Positions 14,181 through 50,039 are shown, counted from the stretch's first letter. The stretch: 64,000 nucleotides of DNA from Nemertoderma westbladi (GCA_032718475.1 JAUCBJ010003953.1:63154-127153), one strand, 5' to 3'. Numbers and translations are program-made. Notes: generated from the letters alone by a model not told the origin.

Positions 14181-14769
14181 TTGAATTCTTCTAGGTTTTA
14201 GACGTATTTTTGAAAGTAGGCCTAAGGGGAGCACGTCAATAATTTACGGGGGGACAATATTCCACAAAACTTACTGGTTAAAATTTACATTTTATTGTCT
14301 AAAAGATTATCAAATAATAGAAGCTATTATTAATCATTATTATAGATATTAACTAATTTGAAAATACAAAAACAATTAAAATTTTAATCAAAGGCGAAAA
14401 CAAAAAAACGAAAATTAGTTAAGAATAGGCGAAGGAGTTTTAATTTGAATATTAAAAATGTCATTCCGAGATAATGGCCTTCAAATTAGAAACCTCCCCG
14501 TGCAACACTGTCTGTCTGAGGTTTGGTTGTTTAATAATGCCTGGCTTTAATAATGCACAACGCCGAAAAATGTCTATGCCAGGGATTTTCAGGGTCTTAA
14601 TTTATTCCCGACTTTAGTTAAAATATTTGGTGGAATCAAGCCTCTTTGTCGGTCGGAATGTCTGTCTGCCTCACATTTTGACGAACAGACCGGCTGACAA
14701 AGAAACAGCGACAACTCGAAATCAGTGGAATTGATTACCTTCCAAGCTTTCAAGCTGGTATATATTATG

Positions 14770-15300
14770 TTATGGCCGGTCGTCCACGACTACGCTTTCC
14801 ATGAGTTGGTTGCCAGAAAAGTAGATCTGGTATGACCTCGACTTTACTTCGCCAGCAGTGCCCACTGAATCTTAATCTGCGTTCACGGAGGGTGGTTGAT
14901 ACAGGTGGTATACTACCATAAAGCTCGGCGTTTGTCATGTGTTGTCTCCAGCTGATGTTTAGGGCTGCCCTTAGTAGTCTTTCGTAGCAACCATCAATCG
15001 GTGTTCAAGTGATTTCAGTGCTCAGGCCTCAGCTCAGGCCTAGATATAAAGTACACTTTCCACTGTGGCTCGAAAGAACTTGGCCTTCAGGTGCCTGGAG
15101 AGGTCTGATTTCCAGATGGTATCCATTTTTGATAGAGCTACCCAAGCCTTTGCTTTCCTAACTTCTATGTTGTCTTTATTTCTGCTCTCTAACTATGACC
15201 CCAATGTACTGGAAGCCGACAACGTTCTTTAGTTGATTATATATCGATGGTGGTCAAGCTGCTATTAAAATTAAATCACGAATTCGCTTTTAGTACCATT
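14770..15300 (-). mobile_element. Degenerate RTE-like non-LTR retrotransposon fragment (region C-terminal to RT)
   Basis: Minus strand reads IEVRKAKAWVALSKMDTIWKSDLSRHLKAKFFRATVESVL..AALNISWRQHMTNAELYG..LRERRLRFSGHCWR..LFWQPTHGKRSRGRPA, with frameshifts. Confidence 0.8.
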
Positions 15301-16704
15301 TATATGCCATCCAACATCTTAGCAACCACTAACGTAACTATAGCTCTACGTTAAAAATACTTAGTGCCGAATGCAATGAGTTTTGCACTTGTTGGCATAA
15401 GTTTTAGCGCGACTGGTAAATGCCAATCAATAAAAACGCGATACCGGGGTTGTATGTTAGAACTTCAGCATCTACAGAACCTCCCAGGCAGTTTACCATA
15501 TGGTATTATTCAGTGCCGCATTACGCCGGTGGGAGGCCTGGGGCCCCTTGCCCCATGCCCCCCCCCCCCCCCCCCCCCCCTTAAACTCCAAATTTCAGAG
15601 AAGTAGGCCTATTAAATTATCCTACCAATGTGCTAAGCAACCGTACTAGCAGAATAACCTTTTTACTACGATGTAACGATGTGCATAGCGCAGTGTTTTT
15701 TACAACAAAAAAATAAAATATGGTGGTAAAAGGTAATTAATAATTCTGTCAGATTAACGTTTTACGGTAAATCTAAAGTGAGGTAATTGGAAATCAAAGT
15801 TAACAAGTGAAAGTGAAATAGACATATTTTATGGCGGGTACCAACATATCGTCCGTTAGGCAGGCTCTTCTAACCAATACAATAAAAAATGGATCTCCAG
15901 TATAATGTTTACTTCTCTATGATGATACCGGTCCTGATGGACTAAGGGAACTGCAGTAGAGATAACAGTACCGAGGAACTTAATTAAAACAAACTGACGA
16001 AAATAAGTAAAAAAAAAAACTTACAAATAATAAAAAAAACGGACATAGTGAGTGATTTAAACGGACAAGTAAATTTATTGCTGTAATAAAAATAAATGTC
16101 TTAAATTATTCATATAAACATCTAAAATTGACACCGACCAATCACATGGCATGTATACTATGTAAAAAAAACGAGGATTTTATTGTTTCATGTCCTATTT
16201 GGGGCACCTTGAGTATTTATATCTTTAATAATTTATTATTATTCTGAAAGGTTCTTCAAATTCCAATAAAGCGCTTACTTACAAAAGTATGGTAATGTTA
16301 GACCCACAATATAATAAGTCATACTGAACTGACAACTTATAGAACACTAAAAGAGCATTCGAGCATTCTAAAGTATTCAAAAAACCAGAAAGACGTGATA
16401 AACTACAACATTATCTTCTATTGGTCTTAAGAGTAAAATCACCGATACTATCAATGATGTCCGATGTAAGTTTCACAGTGTTAAATGAGACCAATAAATA
16501 CCTCGAAAGTGAAGTGATTTAATTTGAAAGATTTAGAAGATTAAGTAACTGGTTACCTCTCACTCCACCTCATCAACGTAAAATAAGCAATTAACCTGTA
16601 ACTATTACTCTATTCTAAAAGAATTCTGGATAATATTGAAACTGGTACTTATTTAGAACCACTCAATGTACTTAGAGCGATAATTACATATAAAGATAAA
16701 CTAT

Positions 16705-17655
16705 TTATTTACGTTGCGACTTCCTTTTAGTTGCTTTTGGTTCACGAAGTTTCCTCCCGGACCCCGAGAAGGGGCTGAACTCTGGCTCAACTGTGGTGGT
16801 AGAGTTATCATCGGTGATGGGAACTGGGTTCCTGATGAACGTCAGAGTGCCCGACACGTAGTCGTAGTTGGGGATTCCTCTTCGGACAGTGGGAAGATCC
16901 CGAGGGTTGGGCCGGAATTCTGTGCCCTTCTTCCGGCCGTCCAACCGGCGTCCCGCTCCGGAGAAGGCCGAGAATGTCTTGGCCCTTTCGGCCTCAATAA
17001 TGGCCTCCACACTGGGTCCCGATGAGTCGGTCTCGTATCGACTTGCCTGGCTGCGATCCGGCTCCTTGTATCCGATTGGGGATTCAAACTCAACATTCAT
17101 ATCGCACTCGATTATAGAGACTGCTTTGCTCGGTTTGACTTCTATAACAGAAAGTTCGTAGGTTCTATCATTGTATTTGATCGCGATTACGTCTCCTTGG
17201 GTGAGACAGGCATAGGTCCTCAGTGCATTCTCAAGCACCGCTTTGGGATTGTGTATGTCAAGGAAATCAACATGTTGGGCCTGGAACTTACTGTATGTAG
17301 CTACCGGTAGCGCGGTGCTCTCAACCCGCACTAGCTGACCCTCGGAAAGACAGAGATTTCGCATCATCCAGTGCGGCAAGTAAATATTATTCTCGTCCGC
17401 TATAAACTCCAGCACCCCGCAGTGAGTGACTCGGTTTACTGGTTGGTTGCTGAGTTTGAATAGCATCGGGTATACAATGTTTAGTCGGGTCAGGGTGTCC
17501 AGCGCCGAGGGGGGCATGATTATCTTGCCACCACGTTCAACATCATGGCGTTCCTGGCCCGGCATCATGTAGACGGAGAAGGCCTTGTATTGAGTGTTGA
17601 AAGGGTGGCGGCCCAACTCCGGAAAATCCATGCCAGGTCCCCCGAAATGAAACAT
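16705..17655 (-). CDS. UFD1: Ubiquitin recognition factor in ERAD 1 (UFD1), intronless copy A, 316 aa
   Basis: GGKIIMPPSAL, YPMLFKL, THCGVLEF, NPKAVLENALR, AVSIIECD motifs; SHP-box-like FSGAGRRLDG and FSGSGRKL. Confidence 0.96.
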   Translation of the reverse strand: MFHFGGPGMDFPELGRHPFNTQYKAFSVYMMPGQERHDVERGGKIIMPPSALDTLTRLNIVYPMLFKLSNQPVNRVTHCGVLEFIADENNIYLPHWMMRNLCLSEGQLVRVESTALPVATYSKFQAQHVDFLDIHNPKAVLENALRTYACLTQGDVIAIKYNDRTYELSVIEVKPSKAVSIIECDMNVEFESPIGYKEPDRSQASRYETDSSGPSVEAIIEAERAKTFSAFSGAGRRLDGRKKGTEFRPNPRDLPTVRRGIPNYDYVSGTLTFIRNPVPITDDNSTTTVEPEFSPFSGSGRKLREPKATKRKSQRK

Positions 17656-18419
17656 CGCGATACAGTAATAAGACTGTAATAGATATCGGTAGATCGTTTA
17701 TCCACTATCAGACTATACACAATAGATTGACTAATTAATAATAATTCGACACCGAACCAGAGTCTGTTCGTTTCGTATCGCAGTCGAGGCGCGCGGTAGG
17801 CCTACTGCTGTACTGCTCCGTCGTTGACACAGTAAACAGCACAACGCAGCATGCAGCAGCGCCCGACCACAAACACGGGTCAGCTGTTCTGATGACTGAT
17901 GCAGTTCGGACGAACCTAACTAACTCGTAATGGTGCGGTGGGAGAAACATTAAAGGAAAGCAGCATGTTACAATGGCTGTGTTTTCTAACCAAAACAATA
18001 TTGGACACTTTATTTCCCTTGCGGTCAATTTGCGCTGCAGATCACAATTTTCACTTGCGGTCAATGGTCAAATCTACCATCTGGGGAAATCCACTATCTG
18101 GGCGGTCAAATCCACTATCTGGGGAGCCACGATCACGAAGTCTGTGGTGAAATGTGGACAGTTTATTCAGTGAATTAATATAATTTATTGTTTGTGAAAC
18201 ATACAGTAGCATTGTTGGTATTTCAAAACTGCGCCAAATTGGCATTGTACGTCTGTCTTGGTCCATGTAAGGGTAAGGTAGGTCAATATTTCGGCAACGA
18301 AATAAACGGCGTGGTCAAATTTGGTTTGTGTGTGTACTGTGGGGCCAGCCACGAAGTTAGCAGAGCCTTTGCGACATAGTCATACAGATACGACACGAGT
18401 ATGTGTAGTACAGAAACTA

Positions 18420-18525
18420 GTTGTCCACGCAGGAGTTGACCGGATGCATGACATGTTGTCCACACACGCAGGAGTTGACCGGATACATGTTGTCCACACA
18501 CGCAGGAGTTGACCGGATACATGTT
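18420..18525. repeat. Short ~33-bp tandem repeat (3 copies)
   Basis: catgttgtccacacacgcaggagttgaccggata. Confidence 0.85.
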
Positions 18526-19049
18526 GTTCTATATTAGAGATTATAAAGAAAGTTTACTTATTTTAATTAAGTGCTATTTTTAACATTTCAACCCCAAACG
18601 GGGCAAGGTAACTTTTATTTAAAATTTAAAGTTAAACATTTAATATAAATAGTATAAACATTTACTATAAATAATATGAACAACTACTGTAATAAAAATG
18701 TATAGTAGGGCCTGTTATTCAATACATTAATGTAACTTAAAGAGGAATCAGATACAGTACAATTTATAGATAACGAAGTAGGCCCTACTTGGAATTGCCT
18801 GACAATGAAACACAAAAAGTTATGGTAATGGGAGACTTGTAATTTAGGGAAGCCGGAATTAAAAAAACACGTTTACTAATGAAATTATTTAAAAAATACC
18901 ACATCGAAATAATTGATTTATAGGTTTTTATACCATTACTGAGCAACAATGATTTACTATCTTTTGATTATATTTTTGTTTAATAAACGTTTTTAGGGGC
19001 AATAACTAATTTATTTTTTATTAACAAAAAGAAAGTAACATTTTTATTC

Positions 19050-19285
19050 TTAAATTGTTACTTTTTCGCTCGAATATACCCCAAAATCAGGAGAAAAAGT
19101 TTCATTTTTTTCCCTAGGGTCAAAAAGTAATCAATAGGATTGCATTGATTTTACTTTTTTTCCCGGCGAAAAAAGTAAAATATTTTTGGTGGAATTTCTT
19201 AAATTTTATAACATATATTGAAGGAGCATCGACGTAGATAAGGTTCGCAAGTAATTTGAGAAAAATCCATTCACAAACTCAAAAG
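19050..19285 (+). repeat. Dispersed repeat shared with 42455-42665
   Basis: taaattgttactttttcg..aaaaagtaa..cattgattttact..ggcgaaaaaagtaaaata..ggaatttcttaaatttta..gagcatcga..agtaatttgag.aaaatccattcaca occurs at both loci. Confidence 0.75.
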
Positions 19286-20751
19286 TTATTGCAACTTTAA
19301 TGTCTGTAAGAGAACACTAAATTACTTTAACATTGAATAAGGCAACATCGAGAGTTAAAGAGTACAATAATTTGAATTGCAGTAACTATGGAAACAATAT
19401 AGTTAAATACTGCAGTTCAATTTATTTTGTAACACTATTATTCGTTCATCTTATATTAACGAATTAAAAAACAAAAAAGTACCAATTTAAGAATAAAATT
19501 ACGTATTACATGGGAAACAAAACGTACAACATTTTTTTTTCAATATTCTCTCGACCCTTTATTAACCTCGCTGACGCTCGGTAAATAAAATGCCTCGAGA
19601 ATAATGAAAAATGTTCTACTTTTTTTCCCATGTAATAAATAATTGATTTTGTCAGGCTTTTTAATCCGCATTTTCGAGGAATAGTAATTACTTTTACTAT
19701 TTTGAGAATTTTTCATGGCACACCTTTTATACTTATCAACATATCCAAAATCGTTCCAAAAGAATATTGTTGGAACTTTGTTAAAAAGTTTTTCAAAGGA
19801 AATTCATGTGTTTCATGATCTGTGAACTTTATAACGGCAAATTATACATAGCAACAGCGATTGCGAATGTCATTTAGCAGCATTAGCAACGGATAATCGT
19901 ACAAGACAACAACTGGTTTTCAACCTATTTCCGAGTTCATATATTTCTATACCAACAGCGAGTTTACCGCAGAGCAACGACGTAACGACGAGTTGCCGTT
20001 TTCAATGTATCGCAAAGTTCTCTGGATTTACGGTGAGAAAGATAAAAAAAATACAGATAAAATTAACCTTTGCACTTTCTTGTTCTCAGATTTAAAATGT
20101 AATTTACATAAAAAAATTACATAACTCATTTTATATAACTGCCAAATAATTTCAATGATTATATAGGCCTAATTTACATTTCAATAGAAAATCCCAAATT
20201 TAGATTCAAAATGTTATAAAATATTCGAATCAAATATGTCAACTAAAATTCAAATTAATCACATTTTTTTCCGAAAAAGACAACGTAATACTTATACGGA
20301 TTATTTAGAATGATATTATTGGTCATTTTAAATAATGTTTTTCAATTTAATTATTTCGCTTGATGTTATAGCTCGTTTTAAATATGATAGTTGAATTATT
20401 TAACCAATACTAATAATAGATCGATTTAAATAGATCAGCTGGTAAGGGTAACGAGGCTGATCTCTTGAAAATTCACTCATATTCACTCCTTCACTTACCG
20501 TACCGGTACCACTGTACCAGTACTGTAGTATGCATGCACCTGCTGATCCATTTAAAAGGAGTTCAATGTTTTTGGTTGGCATAACAAGACGTGATAGGTT
20601 GGAAAATTATAGGCTGGACTTAGATACATAATATACCCATACCGGTAAGGTAATTGACCCTAAATGGATTTCTTTATAAAATGAATGTAACTAAAGCTAA
20701 GAAACATTATGGGAAATATGATGTTTTATATGTTTTAACATCCATAGATTG

Positions 20752-20824
20752 TATAAATTATTAAGTAATTTAAACAGGACTTAGGATGATCCAATGTCCT
20801 GTTTAAATTACTTAATAATTTATA
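20752..20824. repeat. Near-perfect hairpin palindrome
   Basis: tataaattattaagtaatttaaacaggac / gtcctgtttaaattacttaataatttata arms around a 15-nt centre. Confidence 0.9.
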
Positions 20825-21622
20825 GGAAATATTTTTTTTTATTACCAAGGTTACAGGCCAACAAACTGCGAATCCCATTCAATAATGGTGCACAGTTACG
20901 CTTGTGGTCAATTTATTTCCAATGTTTCTTAATCTGGTAAAGCGGAGAACATATAATACGGTTTTTTGATGATGTATTTACCACAGTTACCATGGTACCG
21001 TACCACTTTTCAAAAATAACCCCCAGCGGGTTCTCAGATAGAGATTTGGGTGGGGTTAGAGTTAAGGTTAGAATTCCGTAGGATTATACGGAAGAGCTGT
21101 TTTATAATTTTCCGTTTTCATGATGAAATGGTCTTTTTAACCAAATTCCAACTTGATAAGCATAAATATGGGCCGAGAAAATTTGAATTAAAATTACGTT
21201 GCCATTATTCTGAAGTTGAGCAATATTTTGACTGGACTAGGAAAATGAAACATTAATTCATAAAGTTATATGTAATTAACAAACACAACTAAACAGAAAA
21301 CAATCTAGTAGATAAAATTGAAAGTAATCTCTTAACTTTTAGTATTTCATAGTATGGATTATTATTCAACTATTTCGAATATCAAGGCAAATAGACATTA
21401 AAATGACCCAAAATGATGCCATTTACTCATTTACATAGCCAATGCATGCATAGCCCAATTTATGACAATTCACCTTGATCACATGAGGCAGCTAACAGGC
21501 AACATTAATAAATAAATTACGATACAAAAGCCAACGTTTCAATAATCTGATTAATTAGAGATTAATTAATCAAATTCGCCTTATATAGTCATGTAATATA
21601 ATAATAGTATCAATGGTATCAT

Positions 21623-42930
<21,308 letters not shown>

Positions 42931-43091
42931 TGGAAACCGGCAAAATAGTATAGGGTAAACAAAACAATGGCCTTCTTCGTTATAAAAAGTTACACTAAAA
43001 CGTTAAACTATCATCAAATAACTTAATAATAAAACAGATCAGTAAATAATACTATGAACTTCAAATCTAATGATCGTATAAGTCCAAGACA

Positions 43092-44792
43092 GGATAGAGA
43101 TAGGGGCAGCCGGGCGATGGGATAGAGATAGGGGCAGACGGGCGATGGGATAGAGATAGGGGCAACCGGGCGATGGGATAGAGATAGGGGCAGACGGGCG
43201 ATGGGATAGAGATAGGGGCAGACGGGCGACGGGATAGAGATAGGGGCAACCGGGCGATGGGATAGAGATAGGGGCAGACGGGCGATGGGATAGAGATAGG
43301 GGCAGACGGGCGATGGGCTAGAGATAGGGGCAGCCGGGCGATGGGATAGAGATAGGGGCAGACGGGCGATGGGATAGAGATAGGGGCAGACGGGCGATGG
43401 GATAGAGATAGGGGCAGACGGGCGACGGGATAGAGATAGGGGCAGACGGGCGACGGGATAGAGATAGGGGCAACCGGGCGATGGGATAGAGATAGGGGCA
43501 ACCGGGCGATGGGATAGAGATAGGGGCAACCGGGCGATGGGATAGAGATAGGGGCAGACGGGCGATGGGATAGAGATAGGGGCGGACGGGCGATGGGATA
43601 GAGATAGGGGCAACAGGGCGATGGGATAGAGATAGGGGCAGACGGGCGATGGGATAGAGATAGGGGGAGACGGGCGATGGGATAGAGATAGGGGGAGACG
43701 GGCGATGGGATAGAGATAGGGGCAGACGGGCGATGGGAGAGAGATAGGGGCAGACGGGCGATGGGATAGAGATAGGGGCAGCCGGGCGACGGGATAGAGA
43801 TAGGGGCAACCGGGCGATGGGATAGAGATAGGGGCAGACAGGCGATGGGATAGAGATAGGGGCAGACGGGCGACGGGATAGAGATAGGGGCAACCGGGCG
43901 ATGGGATAGAGATAGGGGCAACCGGGCGATGGGATAGAGATAGGGGCAACCGGGCGATGGGATAGAGATAGGGGCAGCCGGGCGATGGGATAGAGATAGG
44001 GGGGGACGGGCGATGGGATAGAGATAGGGGCAGACGGGCGATGGGATAGAGATAGGGGCAGCCGGGCGACGGGATAGAGATAGGGGCAACCGGGCGATGG
44101 GATAGAGATAGGGGCAGACGGGCGATGGGATAGAGATAGGGGCAACCGGGCGATGGGATAGATAGGGGCAGACAGGCGATGGGATAGAGATAGGGGCAAC
44201 CGGGCGATGGGATAGAGATAGGGGCAGACGGGCGATGGGATAGAGATATGGGCAGACGGGCGATGGGATAGAGATAGGGGCAGGCGGGCGATGGGATAGA
44301 GATAGGGGCAGACGGGCGATGGGATAGAGATAGGGGCAGACGGGCGATGGGATAGAGAAAGGGGCAACCGGGCGATGGGATAGAGATAGGGGCAGACGGG
44401 CGATGGGATAGAGATAGGGGCAGACGGGTGATGGGATAGAGATAGGGGCAGACGGGCGATGGGATAGAGATAGGGGCAGACGGGCGATGGGATAGAGATA
44501 GGGGCAGCCGGGCGACGGGATAGAGATAGGGGCAGACGGGCGATGGGATAGAGATAGGGGGAGACGGGCGATGGGATAGAGATAGGGGGAGACGGGCGAT
44601 GGGATAGAGATAGGGGCAGACGGGCGATGGGATAGAGATAGGGGCAGACGGGCGATGGGATAGAGATAGGGGCAGACGGGCGATGGGATAGAGATAGGGG
44701 CAGACGGGCGATGGGATAGAGATAGGGGCAACCGGGCGATGGGATAGAGATAGGGGCAGCCGGGCGATGGGATAGAGATAGGGGCAGCCGGC
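43092..44792 (+). repeat. 28-bp G-rich tandem repeat (~60 copies) just upstream of the AMDHD1 start codon
   Basis: Unit gggatagagataggggcagacgggcgat. Confidence 0.97.
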
Positions 44793-46204
44793 AATGATGT
44801 ATAAATCATTTCAAAGCGTTTGAAAATACTTTTCTACATTTATTTCCCCAGATTGATAGGGGACGGAAACTGGACGCAATAAAATTTCATCCACAGGAAA
44901 TTGGACGCAAATAACAGTTGATTACTCTCAGAAATAAATCTGTAACCTGTTCTATTTGGTTTAGTTTATTGTTTTGGTTAAAATAACGTGCCACTGCAAC
45001 CTGCTCCTATCCGTGCCCCCCCCCCCCCCCCCCCCCCCCTCTATTTACCATACCGAACATGATTTTATATTACATTATTGTTTTATTTTATTTTATATAT
45101 TTTATTTTATTTTATTTCATATATTTGATTTGATTTGATTTTATATTATATATTTTATGATGTGTGTGTAATAAGTATGTGTATAAAGTATGTGTTATAT
45201 GGTGGGTAAAATAAATAATGTGTGAATTAAAGTACACCTGTCAGCACAGCACCTTATGAATGGGAGGACTTAAAATATAGTTAACATTGTCAAATTAAAT
45301 TAGTTTATAGGCTAATTTATAAATCAACAACAATCAATTAATTCATACCTTGATTCGATAACAACTCAAGTCAATTTATAGTGAATTAGTTAGAATTAAT
45401 GTTAATTACAATTAGTGTTAATAGATCATATTTGACGTTTGCAGAGCCAGAGTGGGCATGCCTGCCTATACTCTTATAAATAAAAATACTTCAGTAGGCC
45501 TAAAACAATGTAACCAAAACTAGCTAAATCAATTTCAGTTATGACAACAATAGAAAATAATAAGTAATATATCGCAAATCTAAAGTAAATAATAGAAAGT
45601 AATCTGGAAACGTTAACACTGACTCATGGAGTCATGGCGCATGGAATGGTGGCATCAAAAATTCCAATAAATTACTTACCTGCAAAAGACACTACCTACA
45701 CCAACCGGTTGATACAGATTCACCATGCAGGCGTAGAGTGTGGAGAGTAAGCATGGTGAACGGAGACGCTGCTACCTTGAGATAGAAGATTGATAGTAGC
45801 TCCCAAGCATCCTATTTTACAGGCAGGTAGTTGGCCCGATATGGTGGCATCAGGTGTATACAGGTAATTTACAGTACTATAGGCCTATACAGCGTACCTA
45901 TCCCCCGTTCACTGGTGGTACATGTCAGGATCAGCAGTCAGGCGTAGCTACAGGTAGACGTACAACTGTATAACTGACACCCAGAGATGGCAGGATGGGG
46001 GTGTTTTGATAGGTAACTTCTTAAGAGTGCAATATTATTACAACGGATATAATACCGTTCGTTACCACACCATAGTCGCTAATCCTTACACTGCCAGACT
46101 GCGGCACAAACTCTTTACCTACCGGTACAACTTAAAAGTTAATAACTTGAATAAACATCACCTCAATAATTTAAGTGATTTCAGCACAATCTTGTTTATC
46201 ATGT

Positions 46205-46325
46205 TCAAAATTCCCGCCCCTTTTTGAAATGGAAATAATTACGCTTATTGGCTGCTAGCTAACTGATATCATTCAGCTTATCATTGCGGCAAGAAGGTAA
46301 CTAACTACTTGGTGATTGGGCTGGT
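46205..46325. promoter_or_regulatory. Possible Pol II promoter elements (GC box plus two CCAAT boxes)
   Basis: cccgcccc at about 46213; attgg at about 46246 and 46315; possible minus-strand donors near 46122 and 45680; target gene unproven. Confidence 0.25.
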
Positions 46326-46534
46326 ACAATAAAGGAAGCTTATTAACAGAAATTGTCCACAAACGAGAGCATTTAACTCCGCAAGTCATTCATCGTACTG
46401 TATTTGTCGACCTCAAAAACCCAAAAATACACTCGTTATATCATAAAACTATTTGGTTTCTAAACTAAACATAAAATCAATATAACAATCCTAATTGTAT
46501 TATGTAAAAATCTCCGCTTAAAATTACAGTATTA

Positions 46535-47857
46535 CTTTTACTACATCTCAACGTTTACTACATCTCAACGTTTACTACATCTCAACGTTTACTACATCTC
46601 AACGTTTACTACATCTCCACGTTTACTACATCTCAACGTTTACTACATCTCCACGTTTACTACATCTCCACGTTTACTACATCTCCACGTTTACTACATC
46701 TCCACGTTTACTACATCTCCACGTTTACTACATCTCCACGTTTACTACATCTCCACGTTTACTACATCTCCACGTTTACTACATCTCCACGTTTACTACA
46801 TCTCCACGTTTACTACATCTCCACGTTTACTACATCTCAACGTTTACTACATCTCCACGTTTACTACATCTCCACGTTTACTACATCTCCACGTTTACTA
46901 CATCTCCACGTTTACTACATCTCCACGTTTACTACATCTCAACGTTTACTACATCTCCACGTTTACTACATCTCCACGTTTACTACATCTCCACGTTTAC
47001 TACATCTCCACGTTTACTACATCTCCACGTTTACTACATCTCCACGTTTACTACATCTCCACGTTTACTACATCTCAACGTTTACTACATCTCAACGTTT
47101 ACTACATCTCAACGTTTACTACATCTCCACGTTTACTACATCTCCACGTTTACTACATCTCCACGTTTACTACATCTCCACGTTTACTACATCTCCACGT
47201 TTACTACATCTCCACGTTTACTACATCTCCACGTTTACTACATCTCCACGTTTACTACATCTCCACGTTTACTACATCTCAACGTTTACTACATCTCCAC
47301 GTTTACTACATCTCCACGTTTACTACATCTCAACATTTACTACATCTCAACGTTTACTACATCTCCACGTTTACTACATCTCCACGTTTACTACATCTCC
47401 ACGTTTACTACATCTCCACGTTTACTACATCTCAACGTTTACTACATCTCCACGTTTACTACATCTCAACGTTTACTACATCTCCACGTTTACTACATCT
47501 CCACGTTTACTACATCTCCACGTTTACTACATCTCCACGTTTACTACATCTCCACGTTTACTACATCTCCACGTTTACTACATCTCCACGTTTACTACAT
47601 CTCCACGTTTACTACATCTCCACGTTTACTACATCTCAACGTTTACTACATCTCCACGTTTACTACATCTCCATGTTTACTACATCTCAACGTTTACTAC
47701 ATCTCCACGTTTACTACATCTCCACGTTTACTACATCTCCACGTTTACTACATCTCCACTTTTACTACATCTCCACGTTTACTACATCTCCACGTTTACT
47801 ACATCTCCACGTTTACTACATCTCCACGTTTACTACATCTCCACGTTTACTACATCT
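46535..47857. repeat. 17-bp minisatellite (~77 copies)
   Basis: Unit tttactacatctc(c/a)acg. Confidence 0.97.
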
Positions 47858-49448
47858 ACTTACTTGCCTTAAAATCAGAGATACTTTAGTTAAACAAACT
47901 GTGAACATTACAATAAGATTATGCAGTTAGTAAAGGGTTAAGTTAAGATCTTGACAAAAGGATCTCAGACGGCATTTAACGGGGACCAAGTTTTATTCAA
48001 GGAGGAATTTTCTTCCTTACACAATAATGTGTCTAGAGAAACCCGAATTACAAAGTGGGAGGGGAGGAAAACGTTGTGATCAAAACCGGGTTTGGTGGTT
48101 AGATGACGTACGAGCGAACATTATAGATCTACACGGCTGCACTGGCGAGCAATGTTAACCACACTGAATGGCGGGATATGGAGAGATGCTTGGAGAATAA
48201 TCATTCATTCGAATATATTTTAGGATATTTTTCGAATATAAACTTAAGAATACATTTCCCATATCTATTCAATTCCTACTCGCCAACGTTCGGATTTCAA
48301 AACTCCTTGCACATCGCATAATTAACTTATAATAAAGTGTTAGATTATAAGTCTTGAAGTAAATAGTTATCATAAAGTAAGTTAATTACAATTTATTAAA
48401 GTTTTTGGATCTGTTTCTTTTCTCAAATCAATGAGAATGGTCAACCACAATAATGGAATGAATGGAGCAATATTATCTAAGGGACACCAGGAAGTCTGTA
48501 CTAATTTAAAGTAAATTAATAACATTTAAGGCTCTCATATAAAATGCTACGGTAGACGATTGCTTTTGGTTAGACAGAAGTAAGCTAATATACTGTACAG
48601 TAGTACCATGTCCTACTTTATTGCCAACATAACATATGTATGCTGTATACAATATCTTAATATAAGAACGTCTGATATACAGTACATAACGTCCAATAAT
48701 TGGTATTCTATGCAATCTTAAGAGTACAAAAATTGATGAAAAGAACATTAAATAGAACATATTATTATACGTAAACTTTATTAACTGCTGTAAAAATTCC
48801 TTAGTATAACTAACAAATCAACACTACTGTATCGATTTACCGAACTCAAAAAATGATTTTTCCTGTAACGAAAAACTGTAACGAAACTTTTGTTGGCAAA
48901 GGTTTCAATTAAATTTAATAATAATATCAAGAAAAACTTAATAATATTTTTCCAAAAGAATAAATATTTGTTTCATTACCTATCTACAGTATTACTACTG
49001 TATAAAATAAAATTATTAAAGATATATATTTATTTTATTTACACAAAATTCGGCTATGCCAAGGTTATTGTAGGTCGGACTATAATTACATTATTATTTT
49101 TATGTACCGGTTTTTAAGTAGAGTAATTAGTTATGAATTTACCCGGCTCTATCAATGGCTGACAGTTATTAATAATCACGTTTATATAATGTACATTTGG
49201 CCTCCATTACACACAATGTTAATGAAACACTATTAATTCCAGTAACATACTGTAAATTACTGTATGATATTATAATGATTGATATTCATTCATTCTTACT
49301 ACCCAAGTATAAGATATCCAAAATATGTATGTATAGCCAGCCTATTTAGCAATATTGTTTCATACACTGGGACCGGGGTGGTTTGTACTGTATGATCTGG
49401 TATAGTTGGATTGTAACTGTAGGTGTAGCGAAGAGGATATTTAGTTAT

Positions 49449-50039
49449 AGGCCCGGGCTCCACTGGAAAGTCGTAAGCTATAAGTCGAAACGATGAAACA
49501 CAGTGGTTTCAATTGGAGCGTTTCGACTGGTATATCATAAGTCTTAAGTCGTTTGTTGCGAATCATTATATCCGACTAGAGGGCTGTGATTGGTTACTTT
49601 GGGTAGCAGCAAAATTATCACCAAAGGTTTTAAATGACATGACATGGTGTAATTCTTAAATTTTTCCTCCTAAATCTTTTCCCCTTAAATTTATTCTCTT
49701 AGCTGTGTGTATAATTTTTCCATTATACTCCTCGTATTTCGCTTGACATTTATAGGGTCAACCCAATAAAGCCTTTGGCGACGCTTTTCTCTCCTCCGTT
49801 TTAACCATTTATAGATAATATAGGTTTATGTTGGATCACTCGTTATATAAAAACGAATTAAAGTTGATTAATTTATAAATCCCTTATGAATTTTGTTCCA
49901 TTAAATGTGAGACACATCTTATATTTTTTAACAAAAGACTTCACTTACCAATGCAGCACGGGAGCTATACTTTTGACACACGTAATCTGAAAACGATTTA
50001 TGACTTACGACTCATGAGTTACCAGTGCAGCACGGGCCT
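49449..50039. mobile_element. MITE (PIF/Harbinger-like TIRs)
   Basis: aggcccgggctccactgg ... ccagtgcagcacgggcct with subterminal gtcgtaag / cttacgac. Confidence 0.7.

Noticed and set aside
43023-44809. Pro-rich 308-580 aa ORFs
   Set aside because: 28-bp repeat translated in rotating frames
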